The notes: generated from the sequence alone by a model not told the origin. 64,000 bases of DNA from Candidatus Parvarchaeota archaeon (GCA_025920305.1 JAPDMB010000001.1:538-64537); one strand, 5' to 3'. Numbered from the stretch's first letter, positions 1 to 10,326 are shown. A program made the numbers and translations.

Positions 1-60
1 AATGAAATATCAGGCATCAACGAACCTATCGATGCCATCACATCCTTAAACATCTCAACG

Positions 61-408
61 TCACTTATTTCCACTTCCATTGTCTAATAATTCACCCCTT
101 ATCTTTAAATACTTATTGAAGTTATCAGCGTCCTTTTCGCTGATTTTCTCAATATTATCCACCCTCAGCTCAGGACCGCCGTCGCTCTTGACGATCTTTC
201 CAGTCACACAGACAAGGTCAGATATGTTCGGCTTGTCCTTCATGTCTGGGGAAGGCATGCATACTATCTTATTGTCCCTCTCATCCTTTATTATGAATAT
301 ACCGATCTCATCTACGTTCATGACCTCTCCCACCGTCCTTATCCTGACTTCCTCCAGCCGGTTTATATCTTCTATACTGCAGTCAATTATCGGTCCAAAT
401 TTTTCCAT
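61..408 (-). CDS. hypothetical OB-fold-like nucleic-acid-binding protein (115 aa)
   Basis: Complete ORF. Small acidic protein whose composition resembles OB-fold/RPA-like proteins. No diagnostic catalytic motif. Confidence 0.3.
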   Translation of the reverse strand: MEKFGPIIDCSIEDINRLEEVRIRTVGEVMNVDEIGIFIIKDERDNKIVCMPSPDMKDKPNISDLVCVTGKIVKSDGGPELRVDNIEKISEKDADNFNKYLKIRGELLDNGSGNK

Positions 409-411
409 ACT

Positions 412-843
412 TTATCCACTAACATTGACAACTATCGGTATGCGTATATACTTTATGCAATTCCCGTATCTTGCGGATATGTTCAGGTTCAGATCATATG
501 AACCGGGTTTGATCGGGGTCACAAGATACTGGAAATACGCTTCTTTGCCGGGGCTGACTACATATGGCGCAGGATACTCCACCTTTATGCCAGACTTATC
601 CGTCGTCCCTGCGTATAGGCTTATATTTTCCGGTACCTTTGCCGTATTTGATACGTATACAACGGACAGAGTGCTCGCATTCGACATGTTAAGGTCAAAC
701 CCGCTGGTCTGCCCGGAGTAGTTAAATGTTAAGTCATTGCAGTTTACAGCCTGATAATAATTTAAGCGGTCAAACGAATAAAATATAAGGTAAAGTGCGA
801 TCACTATAACTATTATTATAATTATCTCCCTTAGTAACTTCAT
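412..843 (-). CDS. membrane-anchored secreted protein, hypothetical
   Basis: N-terminal hydrophobic segment (KLLREIIIIIVIVIALYLIF) followed by an S/N/T-rich region with many N-x-S/T sequons. Confidence 0.4.
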   Translation of the reverse strand: MKLLREIIIIIVIVIALYLIFYSFDRLNYYQAVNCNDLTFNYSGQTSGFDLNMSNASTLSVVYVSNTAKVPENISLYAGTTDKSGIKVEYPAPYVVSPGKEAYFQYLVTPIKPGSYDLNLNISARYGNCIKYIRIPIVVNVSG

Positions 844-871
844 ACTATATTGGAAAATATATTAACTATTT

Positions 872-1204
872 ATGCGTATCAATTCAAGTTTTGGTATGGG
901 TACCGTACAGCATATTGATTTTATAACGGATAGGTATGACATTGATTTGAATGCGATATTCCAGAGAATAATCGAGAAGAACCATAAGAAGGTTGCCATT
1001 CAGCTTCCAGATGGTTTCAAGCGGCATGCTCTAGAGATGGCAAAAGCTATCTCTGAGAATACAGGCGCAGAGGTCTTTATATGGGGCGGGAGCAATTATG
1101 GCGCCTGCGATATACCTTATGGATTAGAGAAATTTGGAATAACCCTCCTTATCCAGTTTGGACATGCTAAATTCAGGGCAGATAACAGGGCCGATGGAAA
1201 ATGA
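872..1204 (+). CDS. dph2: diphthamide synthase Dph2, N-terminal domain only (split-gene fragment, 110 aa)
   Basis: The motifs VAIQLPDGF...EVFIWGGSNYGACD...LLIQFGH match domain 1 of archaeal Dph2 (cf. P. horikoshii Dph2 VLIQSPEGL...GEINYGACD...LIHLGHS), including the first cluster-ligand Cys. The ORF then stops and overlaps rnhB in another frame. Confidence 0.65.
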   Translation: MRINSSFGMGTVQHIDFITDRYDIDLNAIFQRIIEKNHKKVAIQLPDGFKRHALEMAKAISENTGAEVFIWGGSNYGACDIPYGLEKFGITLLIQFGHAKFRADNRADGK

Positions 1205-1859
1205 AGTCGTCATAGGGATAGACGAAGCGGGCAGGGGGCCGGTCATAGGCCCGATGGTGGTGGCCGGCGTGAGCCTTGATCCTGATCTGAACAGACGGTT
1301 TAAGGCAGCAGGGGTGAAGGATTCTAAGATGTTGAGCATAAGGAGGATATACCAGCTGGAAAGGATAATAAAGGAATTCAGCTTGGGCTTTAAAGTCATC
1401 GTAAGAACTGCGGCGGAGATAGACGACAGATTCAAGGCTAAGAAGAACCTAAATTATTTTGAGCTGGATGATATGTCTGATATAGCCAACTCGTTACAGG
1501 GGAAGAAAGTCATAGTGGATTCACCCTCTGCGAACGTCGCAAAGGTGAAGAGCTATCTTGAGAGGCGGGTAAAGGACAAGGAGATAATCGCTAGAAATTA
1601 TGCAGACCGGGATTTTGTAGAGGTGGGAGCTGCGTCGATACTCGCGAAGGCTCAGAGGGAGAGAGAGGTGGAGGCGATAAAGAAAGAACTGTCGTATGAT
1701 TTTGGGAGCGGATACGCCTCGGATCCAAGGACCATCGAATTCCTGAAGATAATAAAGGATAATGGCAGGATATATGATGAGCCATACTCCAAATACATAA
1801 GGAAGACCTGGTTGACGTTCAAAAACCTCACCAGGAAGAGCCTGAATGATTTTACCTAG
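1158..1859 (+). CDS. rnhB: ribonuclease HII
   Basis: VIGIDEAGRGPVIGPMVVAGV is the classic RNase HII active-site block. Length fits, about 220 aa. The true start is probably at MENEVV, position 1194. Confidence 0.9.
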   Translation: MDMLNSGQITGPMENEVVIGIDEAGRGPVIGPMVVAGVSLDPDLNRRFKAAGVKDSKMLSIRRIYQLERIIKEFSLGFKVIVRTAAEIDDRFKAKKNLNYFELDDMSDIANSLQGKKVIVDSPSANVAKVKSYLERRVKDKEIIARNYADRDFVEVGAASILAKAQREREVEAIKKELSYDFGSGYASDPRTIEFLKIIKDNGRIYDEPYSKYIRKTWLTFKNLTRKSLNDFT

Positions 1860-2248
1860 TTTATACGGTTTTTCAGTTCGTCCGGGATAGGCTTGGCTTT
1901 CCACGCCTTTGGGTCTATACAGACCTGTGTGATATACCCCTCAGCAGCAAGCTTTTCCCCGCTGAAGACACTGAAGTCGAATCTTATCGCAGACTTTGAT
2001 ATAATGTTCATATTCATATGTATCTCCAGCACATCGCCCAATTTGACGGGTCTATGATATGTGGCTTTAGATTCGACCGTGACAAACCACGTGTCCTTGC
2101 TTATCTCTGACAGATAATTCCCAAATTTTGACCTAGAGTAATCTTCAAGCGTATCGGTGAAGAACCTATAGTAAGCCGCATAGTGCACGACGCCCTGCGC
2201 GTCGACGTCGTATATTCTTACAGTCTCTTTTTTGATAAATGTATCCAT
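1856..2248 (-). CDS. acyl-CoA thioesterase, hotdog fold (YbgC/4HBT-like)
   Basis: YDVDAQGVVHYAAYYRFF matches the 4HBT thioesterase motif. Start chosen at MDTFIKK (2248) because the longer ORF (to 2323) would overlap the divergent mre11 start. Confidence 0.7.
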   Translation of the reverse strand: MDTFIKKETVRIYDVDAQGVVHYAAYYRFFTDTLEDYSRSKFGNYLSEISKDTWFVTVESKATYHRPVKLGDVLEIHMNMNIISKSAIRFDFSVFSGEKLAAEGYITQVCIDPKAWKAKPIPDELKNRIN

Positions 2249-2287
2249 GTTACAAGTATAAAAATCAGCTGGATATAATATAAAGTT

Positions 2288-3460
2288 ATGTCTTATAGAT
2301 TTATTCATACCGGTGACACGCATATAGGCAACGTATACAAAGATAGCCAGAGAAACAATGACATTAAAGATGCGTTTATACAGCTTATAGACTACGCAAT
2401 AGATTCAAAGGTCGACTTCATAGTTCATTCCGGTGATCTATTCGACAGCGGTACACCAGATATAAACGATCTGCTGTTCATGACAGACCAGCTGCACAGG
2501 CTTAAAGACAATAATATAAAGATCTTCACTGTGCCAGGCTCTCACGATGTAGGCATAGGAGAGGAGCTTAGCATCGTTGATCTATTCGATAGGAATGGGC
2601 TCCTTGTAAATCTTAATTCAAGCAGATACATGAGGATGGAAGGCGGTAAGGTATACCTGAAAGGCGCTACATACCTAAACGCCTTCATAGCAGGGGTAAG
2701 GGGGAAAAGAAGCCGCGTAGAGGACGAGATATTCAAAGTGTTAAGCGTGGAGATGGATCAGAATGCATGGATTAAGATATTCGTCTTCCACCATACCATC
2801 TCTTCTCTAGGCGAAGCATTCAGCGATTTGGATACTGACAGCCTGCCCAAAGGCTTTGATTACTACGCAGCCGGTCATTGGCATGGCCATAAAGACAATA
2901 TTCAATATGGTAGTGGGATAATACAATACCCAGGCTCCACGGAGTACTGTGATGAGAAGGAGATGGTTGACAACCCAAACAGGGGGTTCTACGTAGTGGA
3001 GTACTCTGAGGGCGGTATAACTAGTGTGGAGTATCACCTCCTGAAGACGAGGGACAAGGACATAATACGTATAAACGCAGATGGTAAGGATTCTAAATCC
3101 ATAAAAACTGAGATCGTCTCGAATCTAAAGGAAAATGACGGTAAGATGCTGGTTATACTTGTAAACGGTAAACTCAATGGCAAGAGATCTGAGTTGGATA
3201 CGCAGGATATAAAATTACAGGCTAAGTCACTTGGATATTCATATGTCAGCATAAATACCTCTAAGATGCTAGATTCTGATTCGGACACTATAACTTTGAA
3301 GAGCGAGAACATAACGGATATAGAAGATGAATTTTTGTCGGCAAAAGGCTATAATAAAAAAGAGATAGCCCTCGCTCATACAATAATAGATATGATCGAG
3401 GAAGGCAAGGATCTAAGTGGCGTGAAATCCAAGGTTTTGGAGTTATATGATAATCAATGA
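2288..3460 (+). CDS. mre11: DNA double-strand break repair nuclease Mre11
   Basis: Calcineurin-like phosphoesterase motifs HTGDTHIG, HSGDLFD and GSHD. Immediately followed by rad50 with overlapping stop/start. Confidence 0.9.
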   Translation: MSYRFIHTGDTHIGNVYKDSQRNNDIKDAFIQLIDYAIDSKVDFIVHSGDLFDSGTPDINDLLFMTDQLHRLKDNNIKIFTVPGSHDVGIGEELSIVDLFDRNGLLVNLNSSRYMRMEGGKVYLKGATYLNAFIAGVRGKRSRVEDEIFKVLSVEMDQNAWIKIFVFHHTISSLGEAFSDLDTDSLPKGFDYYAAGHWHGHKDNIQYGSGIIQYPGSTEYCDEKEMVDNPNRGFYVVEYSEGGITSVEYHLLKTRDKDIIRINADGKDSKSIKTEIVSNLKENDGKMLVILVNGKLNGKRSELDTQDIKLQAKSLGYSYVSINTSKMLDSDSDTITLKSENITDIEDEFLSAKGYNKKEIALAHTIIDMIEEGKDLSGVKSKVLELYDNQ

Positions 3461-5837
3461 AATCAGCCTAAAAAACATCAGAAGTCACGTCGAATCAGAG
3501 ATATCGTTTAGCCCCGGGATAAATGTGATAGTGGGCAATACTGGGAGCGGAAAGTCGTCCATACTTATGAGCATAGAGTATGCACTGTTTGGAAAGATAG
3601 GAGAAGGTACAAATGAGGGCAAGATGCTTTTAAGGAGGGGCGAAAACAGCGGAAGAATATCTTTAGTGTTTACTGAAAACGGTAGGGAAATAAGAGTCAT
3701 GCGGGGGCTTAAGCGCGTAAAAGATGCCGTTAGGAACGATGACTCTATGAATAGCATATCCGTAGACGGCAGGGAAGTCGATCTGCAGAACAGATCATCC
3801 GACATAAGCACCTTTGTATCGAAAAGTCTCTCAATGAAAAGTGATCCTTTGAAAACGTTTGAGGCGGTCGTATACATAAAGCAGGATGAGCTTAAGGGTT
3901 TAGTCTTTGATACAACGCAGAAAAAACAAGAATACATAGACGACACTTTGCAAGTAGGGAAGTATGCCCTTGTGTACGATGGTATGCGGTCCCTGATGAT
4001 AGACTTACAGAATGAAGAAGCCCTCCTAAAGAAAGAGATAGAATTCTCCGTGGGAGACAAGGAGATAATAGAGACAAAAAGCAAGCTGCTGGATATAGAG
4101 AAGAATATTAAGAAGCTGTCTGACGACATAAACCTCCTAGAATCGAAGAGTGATGAGCTTGCGAAGGCCAGGAGAGCCTATGAGGAGAAGCTGGAAGCCG
4201 AGAAGGATCTGCAGCTGAAGTTCAATGTCTTGCGATCGTTGATAGATAAAGAAGCTAAAGAATTGGAGAAGCTGAAAGAAAGCGTGAAGGATCTACAGGT
4301 TGAGAGGGATCTTCTGTACGACAGAGTAAAGGACATGAAGCAAGAGGATGAGGGTGAACTCTTAAATAAACTTCATGAAATTGATAAGCTGGCAGACGCA
4401 TGCAATAAAGAGAAGGATATCCGGATAAAAGAGATGCATGAGTTGCAGATGAGGATAAGTGTACTTAATGATAGAAAGGGGAAAATAGAGGAAGAACTTA
4501 AAAAATACATAAAATATGTGGATGAAATCAGTAAATTAATCAGTGAGAAAAAAGCGGCTCTCGATGAAGCGAAAGTCCTTTTAAGTGATGATGAGATAAA
4601 CGCAAAAATCGAGCAGATAAAGGAGGTGATATCGGATATCACAGCGGACATGGAGAGGTCTATATCTAGCGGCATCTGCGTGTTCTGTGGATCTAGTATA
4701 ATAGACAGGCAGCACGTGGAGAAAGAATTCAAAGGGAGAATAAACGGATATAATCAGACCATATCGAAATTACAAGGGTTGAAATCGAATATATCAAAGA
4801 TCTCCAAGGCCAGTTTAGAGAAGGAGCTATTCTCTTTGGAGAAGGACATGTTGAATGCAAAGACCACCATAGATAATTTAACTAAAGAGTCGGATTCCAT
4901 ACATACAAGCGATCTAAGTTCTCAGCTTGAGAAATTTGAGACGGAACTGGACAAGCTGAAGCAGGAGCAGACAAGCCTTTCCGATGAGAAGCTAGAGATA
5001 GCCAGAAAATTGGAGGAGATATCAAAATCAAGGGCATTGTTCATGAAGCTGTCATCCATCGATTCAGAGATAGAACAGCGGTTGAAATTGATAGGAGATA
5101 AGGAGTCTAACATCGAAAAGAATAGATCAGATTTGAAGGACCTTAATTTCGATCCATCAATCTACGCAGGGCTTATGGATGAACTGAAACTCGTAGATGA
5201 AGATTATAATAAAGTTATATCGCAGCTAGCCGAGAGCAGAAAGGAGAAAGCGATGCTGGAAGAGAGGAGATCTGAGGAGAATGCCAGGCTTGAGGAAATA
5301 AAGAGCAAGCTAGAGACGAAGGAGAAGGCAAATTCGAAGCTGGTAAAACTCGAAAAGGCGATTAAAATGCTGTCTAATCTCCGAGAGGATATAAGGAGCA
5401 TAAGGGAATACGTGAGAAACAGGTTCATAGGCGATTTCAGGTCCTTATTTCAGACAAAATTCTACGAGCTTAGGAATGAGACTGACTACGCCGTAGACAT
5501 AGACAACAACTATAATGTTATAATAAAAAGCGACGGCGAAGTCTTTGAGTCAAAAAGCCTCTCCGGAGGGGAAAAAACCATAGTGGCTTTGGCTTATAGG
5601 ATCTCTCTGTCCTCCATAGCTGCGAAGTTGGGCGGGATAAGCCGTAACGAGATATTCATAATGGACGAACCGACGTCCGGCCTAGATAAAAAAGATGTCT
5701 CCTCTTTAGCCGACTCAATAACTAAGATAACTGGCGTGAATCAGATAATAATCGTAACGCACGATGATAACCTTAAGAATATAGCCGACAACATGATACG
5801 TGTTGAGAAAAAGGAAGGCGTTTCCGTGGTGATTTGA
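3447..5837 (+). CDS. rad50: DNA repair ATPase Rad50
   Basis: Walker A GNTGSGKSS. Long heptad coiled coil with a central CxxC zinc hook (CVFCGS). ABC signature LSGGEKTIVALAYRISL and Walker B IFIMDEPTSGLD. Confidence 0.92.
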   Translation: MIINEISLKNIRSHVESEISFSPGINVIVGNTGSGKSSILMSIEYALFGKIGEGTNEGKMLLRRGENSGRISLVFTENGREIRVMRGLKRVKDAVRNDDSMNSISVDGREVDLQNRSSDISTFVSKSLSMKSDPLKTFEAVVYIKQDELKGLVFDTTQKKQEYIDDTLQVGKYALVYDGMRSLMIDLQNEEALLKKEIEFSVGDKEIIETKSKLLDIEKNIKKLSDDINLLESKSDELAKARRAYEEKLEAEKDLQLKFNVLRSLIDKEAKELEKLKESVKDLQVERDLLYDRVKDMKQEDEGELLNKLHEIDKLADACNKEKDIRIKEMHELQMRISVLNDRKGKIEEELKKYIKYVDEISKLISEKKAALDEAKVLLSDDEINAKIEQIKEVISDITADMERSISSGICVFCGSSIIDRQHVEKEFKGRINGYNQTISKLQGLKSNISKISKASLEKELFSLEKDMLNAKTTIDNLTKESDSIHTSDLSSQLEKFETELDKLKQEQTSLSDEKLEIARKLEEISKSRALFMKLSSIDSEIEQRLKLIGDKESNIEKNRSDLKDLNFDPSIYAGLMDELKLVDEDYNKVISQLAESRKEKAMLEERRSEENARLEEIKSKLETKEKANSKLVKLEKAIKMLSNLREDIRSIREYVRNRFIGDFRSLFQTKFYELRNETDYAVDIDNNYNVIIKSDGEVFESKSLSGGEKTIVALAYRISLSSIAAKLGGISRNEIFIMDEPTSGLDKKDVSSLADSITKITGVNQIIIVTHDDNLKNIADNMIRVEKKEGVSVVI

Positions 5838-5875
5838 AGATATAATTATGCTCTAAGCCATATTATTATAGAATT

Positions 5876-6505
5876 ATGATAAAAGGCATAGCTTCGGATC
5901 TTGATGGTACGCTGTTAGACAGCACGGAACTGATCGCAAGAGCTTGGGAGGAAGCCCTGTCTTCGGAGGGCCTGCCAGCTGATTACTATGGAATTTTGAA
6001 GAGGACCAAGGGGATATCCTCTAAGGACATAATAAAGATGTACAAGGAAAACGCGGGGCCGGAGGATATAAAAAGGATTAAGGATAAGAGGAGGAAAAAT
6101 TTTCTTAGGTTGCTGGAAGACAGGAGGGATATCCTTTACCCGGAGACAATCAATGTCATAAGAAAAGTAAAAGAACGCGGCATAAAGTTCGCCATAGCAA
6201 CCGGTCTTTCAAGAGATCTCCTGGATCACGTGTTGGATGTAACTGGCTTGTCTTCGATTGTGGATTGCTCTATAAGTGCAGATGACGTGAGCCGAGGCAA
6301 GCCGGAACCGGATATCTTCTTGGAGGCTTTCAGGAGGCTGAATGTGGATCCGAAGGAAGGACTGGTGATTGGCGACAGCGAAAACGATATAATCCCTGGT
6401 AAGAAGATAGGCGCATTTACTGTCTTCATATCAAGGGAAGGCGGGAAGCTCGATATCGCAGATGCAGACATAAGCAATCTTGAAGAATTGTTCAAATTTC
6501 TATAA
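5876..6505 (+). CDS. HAD-superfamily hydrolase (phosphatase / beta-phosphoglucomutase-like)
   Basis: Motif I DLDGTLLDS at the N-terminus, and HAD motif III/IV GDSENDI near the C-terminus. Confidence 0.8.
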   Translation: MIKGIASDLDGTLLDSTELIARAWEEALSSEGLPADYYGILKRTKGISSKDIIKMYKENAGPEDIKRIKDKRRKNFLRLLEDRRDILYPETINVIRKVKERGIKFAIATGLSRDLLDHVLDVTGLSSIVDCSISADDVSRGKPEPDIFLEAFRRLNVDPKEGLVIGDSENDIIPGKKIGAFTVFISREGGKLDIADADISNLEELFKFL

Positions 6506-6554
6506 TAGGTGAAAAAAGGAATGGCTTAAATATAAGATATGTATAATAATAAAT

Positions 6555-8078
6555 ATGGTGGATATAAAACTCAGTGATAAGTTCTCAGATATATATATTC
6601 CAGGCGAGACCAAGAGATTTAAGATCTTCATCGGCGGTAAATGGGTAGAGACAAAGGACAAGTTCGATCTTATATCACCAATAGACAGCAGAAAAATGGC
6701 TGAAATATCCAGCGCAAGCAAAGAGGATATAGATGCAGCTGTAAAATACGCAGTAGAATCCAAGCATAAGATTAGGGACATGCCGGCTATCGACAGAATT
6801 GAACTCATAAACAAATTCAGGCTTGAGCTTGAAAAATATAAGGATGAGATAGTCGATGTGCTGATGAAGGAGGCTGGAAAAGCCAGGCGTTCTGCGGAGG
6901 GAGAATTCAATGCGACGATAGAGAGGATGCGGTTGGGCATGGAAGACTCAAGGAAGATAACAGGCGAATATATTCCAGGCGATTGGTCAAGCGATACTTC
7001 TCAAAAGGTCGCCTTGGTTTTAAGGGAGCCTCTAGGGGTGGTTTTAGGCATATCCCCTTTCAATTATCCATTTTACACCTCAATGGCAAAGGTCATCCCG
7101 GCATTGCTGTCTGGCAATTCAGTCATAATAAAACCTCCAAGTGTGGATCCTATAGCTTTCCTTATGGCAGCTAAGGTGTTCCAGGACGTAGGCGCCCCGG
7201 ACGGCATATTCCAGGCTGTCACAGGAAAGGGCGATGTAGCTGGCGATTACCTTACCTCGAATCCAAATATAAATATGATAAGCTTCACAGGCAGCACGGA
7301 TGTCGGCAAACATATAGCTGGAATAGCAGGTCTAAGGAAGACCCACCTTGAATTAGGCGGAAAGGGTACTGCGATAGTATTGGAAGACGCTGATCTTGAT
7401 CTAGCTGCGAGGGAATGCGTAAAAGGCTCCTTGGAACTAGCCGGGCAGAGGTGTGATGCAGTCAGCAGGATTTTAGCCGTGGACAAGATATATGACAAAT
7501 TTGTCGAGAAGCTAAAACAGCACCTACAGGATTACAAGTTTGGGAACCCCATTGAATCCCCTGACGTTACGATGGGCCCGGTGATAAGCAAAAGCGCCGC
7601 TAAGAGGATAGATGATCTAGTTAAGGATGCAGTCAGTAAGGGCGCAAAGCTACTAGCTGGAGGCAAATACAATGACTGCTATTATGAACCTACTTTACTT
7701 GTTGACACGCCGTTGAATGCCAAGATAGTCGATGAGGAGACTTTTGGACCGGTTATAACCTTGATAAAGGTGAAAGACAAGGCAGATGCTATAAATTTGG
7801 CTAACCAGTCGCGGTATGGACTTGATTCGAGTGTCTTCACAAATAAATTTTATGATGCTTGGGAGGTGATGAAGGCTTTGCAAGTAGGCAATGTCACTTT
7901 GAATGCCGCCCCATCCCATGGTACCGCTTATTTCCCATTTGGCGGCGTAAAAGACTCAGGCAGCGGGAAAGAAGGGGTAGGATACAGCATAGATGAGATG
8001 ACCTATACAAAGACGATAGTCTTCAATTTAGCGCCTGGAAACTTAGGCAAGAGATACACCGGTCAGTTTAAAGATTGA
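6555..8078 (+). CDS. NAD(P)+-dependent aldehyde dehydrogenase (possibly non-phosphorylating GAPN/glyceraldehyde dehydrogenase type)
   Basis: ALDH family motifs FTGSTDVGKHIA, ELGGKG, the catalytic Cys region QRCDAV and EETFGPV. Confidence 0.85.
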   Translation: MVDIKLSDKFSDIYIPGETKRFKIFIGGKWVETKDKFDLISPIDSRKMAEISSASKEDIDAAVKYAVESKHKIRDMPAIDRIELINKFRLELEKYKDEIVDVLMKEAGKARRSAEGEFNATIERMRLGMEDSRKITGEYIPGDWSSDTSQKVALVLREPLGVVLGISPFNYPFYTSMAKVIPALLSGNSVIIKPPSVDPIAFLMAAKVFQDVGAPDGIFQAVTGKGDVAGDYLTSNPNINMISFTGSTDVGKHIAGIAGLRKTHLELGGKGTAIVLEDADLDLAARECVKGSLELAGQRCDAVSRILAVDKIYDKFVEKLKQHLQDYKFGNPIESPDVTMGPVISKSAAKRIDDLVKDAVSKGAKLLAGGKYNDCYYEPTLLVDTPLNAKIVDEETFGPVITLIKVKDKADAINLANQSRYGLDSSVFTNKFYDAWEVMKALQVGNVTLNAAPSHGTAYFPFGGVKDSGSGKEGVGYSIDEMTYTKTIVFNLAPGNLGKRYTGQFKD

Positions 8079-8143
8079 GTTTAAAGGTTCTAAAACATTA
8101 TATTCTTGAGATGATATTATAATATAAGTGTAAGGTTAGGGGA

Positions 8144-8551
8144 ATGGAGCGTTCTGACTTGAAGCAGGAAGCGCGGAAATTGGCCTTAAGCGAGGTCTCT
8201 AGAAAAGAAGCAGCTTCGAGGCTAGGTTTGAAATACTGGACGGTATATTTTTGGACAAAGGACCTAAAGATACCACGGCATAGGGACACAAGCAAGCAGA
8301 AGAGGATACTGGATAAGATCATTAGCGACGGGTTTTATATCGCGAATGGAACAGACGATTTAAACACTTTGAGAATCATGAAGGAGAGAAAGGGTATAAG
8401 GATAGTTTCCGCTGAGAATACCCACATCGGCTTCTTAAAAGGCAACGAGGAGAAAGCCTTCAACGGTTTAATAAACTATAGAGGATTGAGTGGCGCTAAC
8501 CACCAGAGATTAAATGAGATAAGAAAAGCGTTCGGGATCAAACCGCAGTGA
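8144..8551 (+). CDS. small HTH-domain protein, hypothetical
   Basis: The N-terminus SRKEAASRLGLKYWTVYFWTK looks like a helix-turn-helix of the transposase/resolvase-type. No catalytic domain. Confidence 0.35.
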   Translation: MERSDLKQEARKLALSEVSRKEAASRLGLKYWTVYFWTKDLKIPRHRDTSKQKRILDKIISDGFYIANGTDDLNTLRIMKERKGIRIVSAENTHIGFLKGNEEKAFNGLINYRGLSGANHQRLNEIRKAFGIKPQ

Positions 8552-8680
8552 AATTTAAAGCTTTGTCTGGGATTTTTCTGTTCATTTCGTTAAATATAAA
8601 TAGTAGGAAATCAGATATAGTATCATATAAATAAAATAGATTGGACTTTTGGAAGTCTGATATTTTGGTAGGAGGTAATT

Positions 8681-10324
8681 ATGGCAGAAGCAGTACAACC
8701 AATTTTCATCTTGCCCGAGGGGTACACCAGGACCACAGGTAAGGATGCGCAGAGGAACAACATAGCATCAGCTAAAGCCGTTGCAGCGGCCGTCAAATCT
8801 ACTTTAGGGCCAAGAGGCATGGATAAGATGCTAGTTGACAATCTCGGCGACATAACTATAACAAACGACGGTGTGACCGTCCTGAAGAGCATGGAGGTGG
8901 ATAACCCCGCTGCGAAGATGATAGTGGAGGTCGCAAAAGCCCAGGAGGAGGAAGTGGGAGACGGAACTACTACAGCGGTGATCCTCGCCGGTGAACTGCT
9001 CAAAAATGCTGAAGCTTTGCTGGATCAGGGGATCCACTCAAGTTTGATAAATAGAGGTTATAGACTAGCTGCAGCAAAAGCGCAGGAAACCCTTGATGAG
9101 ATAAAGGTGAAGTTGGATATCAACAATAAAGAAGACCTCAGAAAAATAGTTAGGACTGCGATAATAAGCAAGAACATAAGCGGGGATGAGACCCTTCTGA
9201 ATTTGATAGTCGACGCTATAATGTATGTAAAGGATGCGAATGATAAAAAAGAGGTTGATATAGACGATATCAAAATAGAGAAGAAGGTCGGCGGCGGCTT
9301 ATCTGATTCTAAGCTTATAAAAGGTATTGTAATTGAGAAAGAGAAAGTGCATCCAGACATGCCGAACGAGATTAGGAACGCTAAAATTGCACTGTTGAAC
9401 CTAGCTTTAGAGATCGAGAAGACAAATATCGACGCGCAGTTAAGGATAGATAAGCCAGAGCAGCTGCAGGCTTTCTTAGGCGAAGAGGAGAAGATGTTTA
9501 AGGAGATGGTTGATAAGGTTAAAGCCTCCGGCGCGAATGTCGTAGTGTGCCAAAAAGGTATAGATGATACTGCGCAGTTTTTCCTATCAAAAGCCCACAT
9601 ATTGGCTTTCAGAAGGGTCTCTGAAAGCGATATGAAGAAAATAGGCAAGGCAACTGGGGCAAAGGTAGTATCCACATTAAGTGAGTTAGAACCAGGCGCT
9701 TTAGGCGAAGCTGGGTACGTGCATACTGAGAAAATTGGGGGAGAGGACATGGCTATAATTGAAGAGTGCAAGAACCCGAAGGCCGTCACACTCCTTTTGA
9801 GGGGCGGGACGGAGCACGTTGTGGATGAGGCTAAGAGAGCTGTGGAGGACAGCCTTGGAGACTTGAAGGCATTAATAGAGAGCGGTGGCAGCGTCGTTGC
9901 TGGCGGCGGCGCATGCGAGATGGAAGTCTCTAAGAAACTTAAGGACTTTGCTGCAACCTTGGAAGGAAGAGAGCAGCTTGCTGTCGATGCCTTTGCAGAT
10001 TCTCTGGAGATAATTCCAAAGACATTGGCTGAGAATGCAGGTATGGACCCTATAGATATATTAGTAGATCTAAGGGCCGAGCACAAGAAAGGAAACACTT
10101 GGGCTGGTGTAGACCTGTCAGATATTTCGCAGCCGAAGGTTGCAGATATGCTTAAAGCCAGTGTATTGGAACCGGTCAATGTGAAGAAACAGGCCATAAA
10201 AAGTTCGAGTGAAGTGGCGATAATGATATTAAAGATAGACGATATAATCGCTGCAGGTAAATCTGCGAATCAGTCTGCGCAGCCACCAGCCGGTGGAGGG
10301 TACGGCGGCGGATACGGTGATTAA
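8681..10324 (+). CDS. ths: thermosome subunit (group II chaperonin)
   Basis: [50 protein letters not shown] is diagnostic of CCT/thermosome. Gly/Tyr-rich C-terminal tail. An upstream TATA box (aaatataaata) and SD ggaggt. Confidence 0.95.
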   Translation: MAEAVQPIFILPEGYTRTTGKDAQRNNIASAKAVAAAVKSTLGPRGMDKMLVDNLGDITITNDGVTVLKSMEVDNPAAKMIVEVAKAQEEEVGDGTTTAVILAGELLKNAEALLDQGIHSSLINRGYRLAAAKAQETLDEIKVKLDINNKEDLRKIVRTAIISKNISGDETLLNLIVDAIMYVKDANDKKEVDIDDIKIEKKVGGGLSDSKLIKGIVIEKEKVHPDMPNEIRNAKIALLNLALEIEKTNIDAQLRIDKPEQLQAFLGEEEKMFKEMVDKVKASGANVVVCQKGIDDTAQFFLSKAHILAFRRVSESDMKKIGKATGAKVVSTLSELEPGALGEAGYVHTEKIGGEDMAIIEECKNPKAVTLLLRGGTEHVVDEAKRAVEDSLGDLKALIESGGSVVAGGGACEMEVSKKLKDFAATLEGREQLAVDAFADSLEIIPKTLAENAGMDPIDILVDLRAEHKKGNTWAGVDLSDISQPKVADMLKASVLEPVNVKKQAIKSSSEVAIMILKIDDIIAAGKSANQSAQPPAGGGYGGGYGD

Positions 10325-10326
10325 GG

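Noticed and set aside
872-1204. Interpreting the Dph2 N-terminal ORF as a decayed pseudogene
   Set aside because: A complementary, non-overlapping C-terminal Dph2 ORF (49101..49790) with intact cluster Cys exists in the same window. The split is at a domain boundary, which favours a functional split gene. Pseudogenisation of one or both halves cannot be fully excluded.
1856-2323. Longer start (2323) for the thioesterase ORF
   Set aside because: It would overlap the divergent mre11 start (2288) by 35 nt. The internal Met at 2248 gives a normal-length hotdog thioesterase and leaves room for divergent TATA boxes.
3485-5428. Several minus-strand ORFs (3485..4129, 4373..4732, 4922..5113, 5204..5428)
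   Set aside because: All lie antisense within rad50. Their Ser/Leu-rich, low-complexity products are what the coiled-coil codon bias gives on the opposite strand.
9058-10197. 379-aa minus-strand ORF, S/L/A-rich
   Set aside because: Antisense to the thermosome gene. The low-complexity composition is typical of an antisense artefact of a highly expressed GC-skewed gene.
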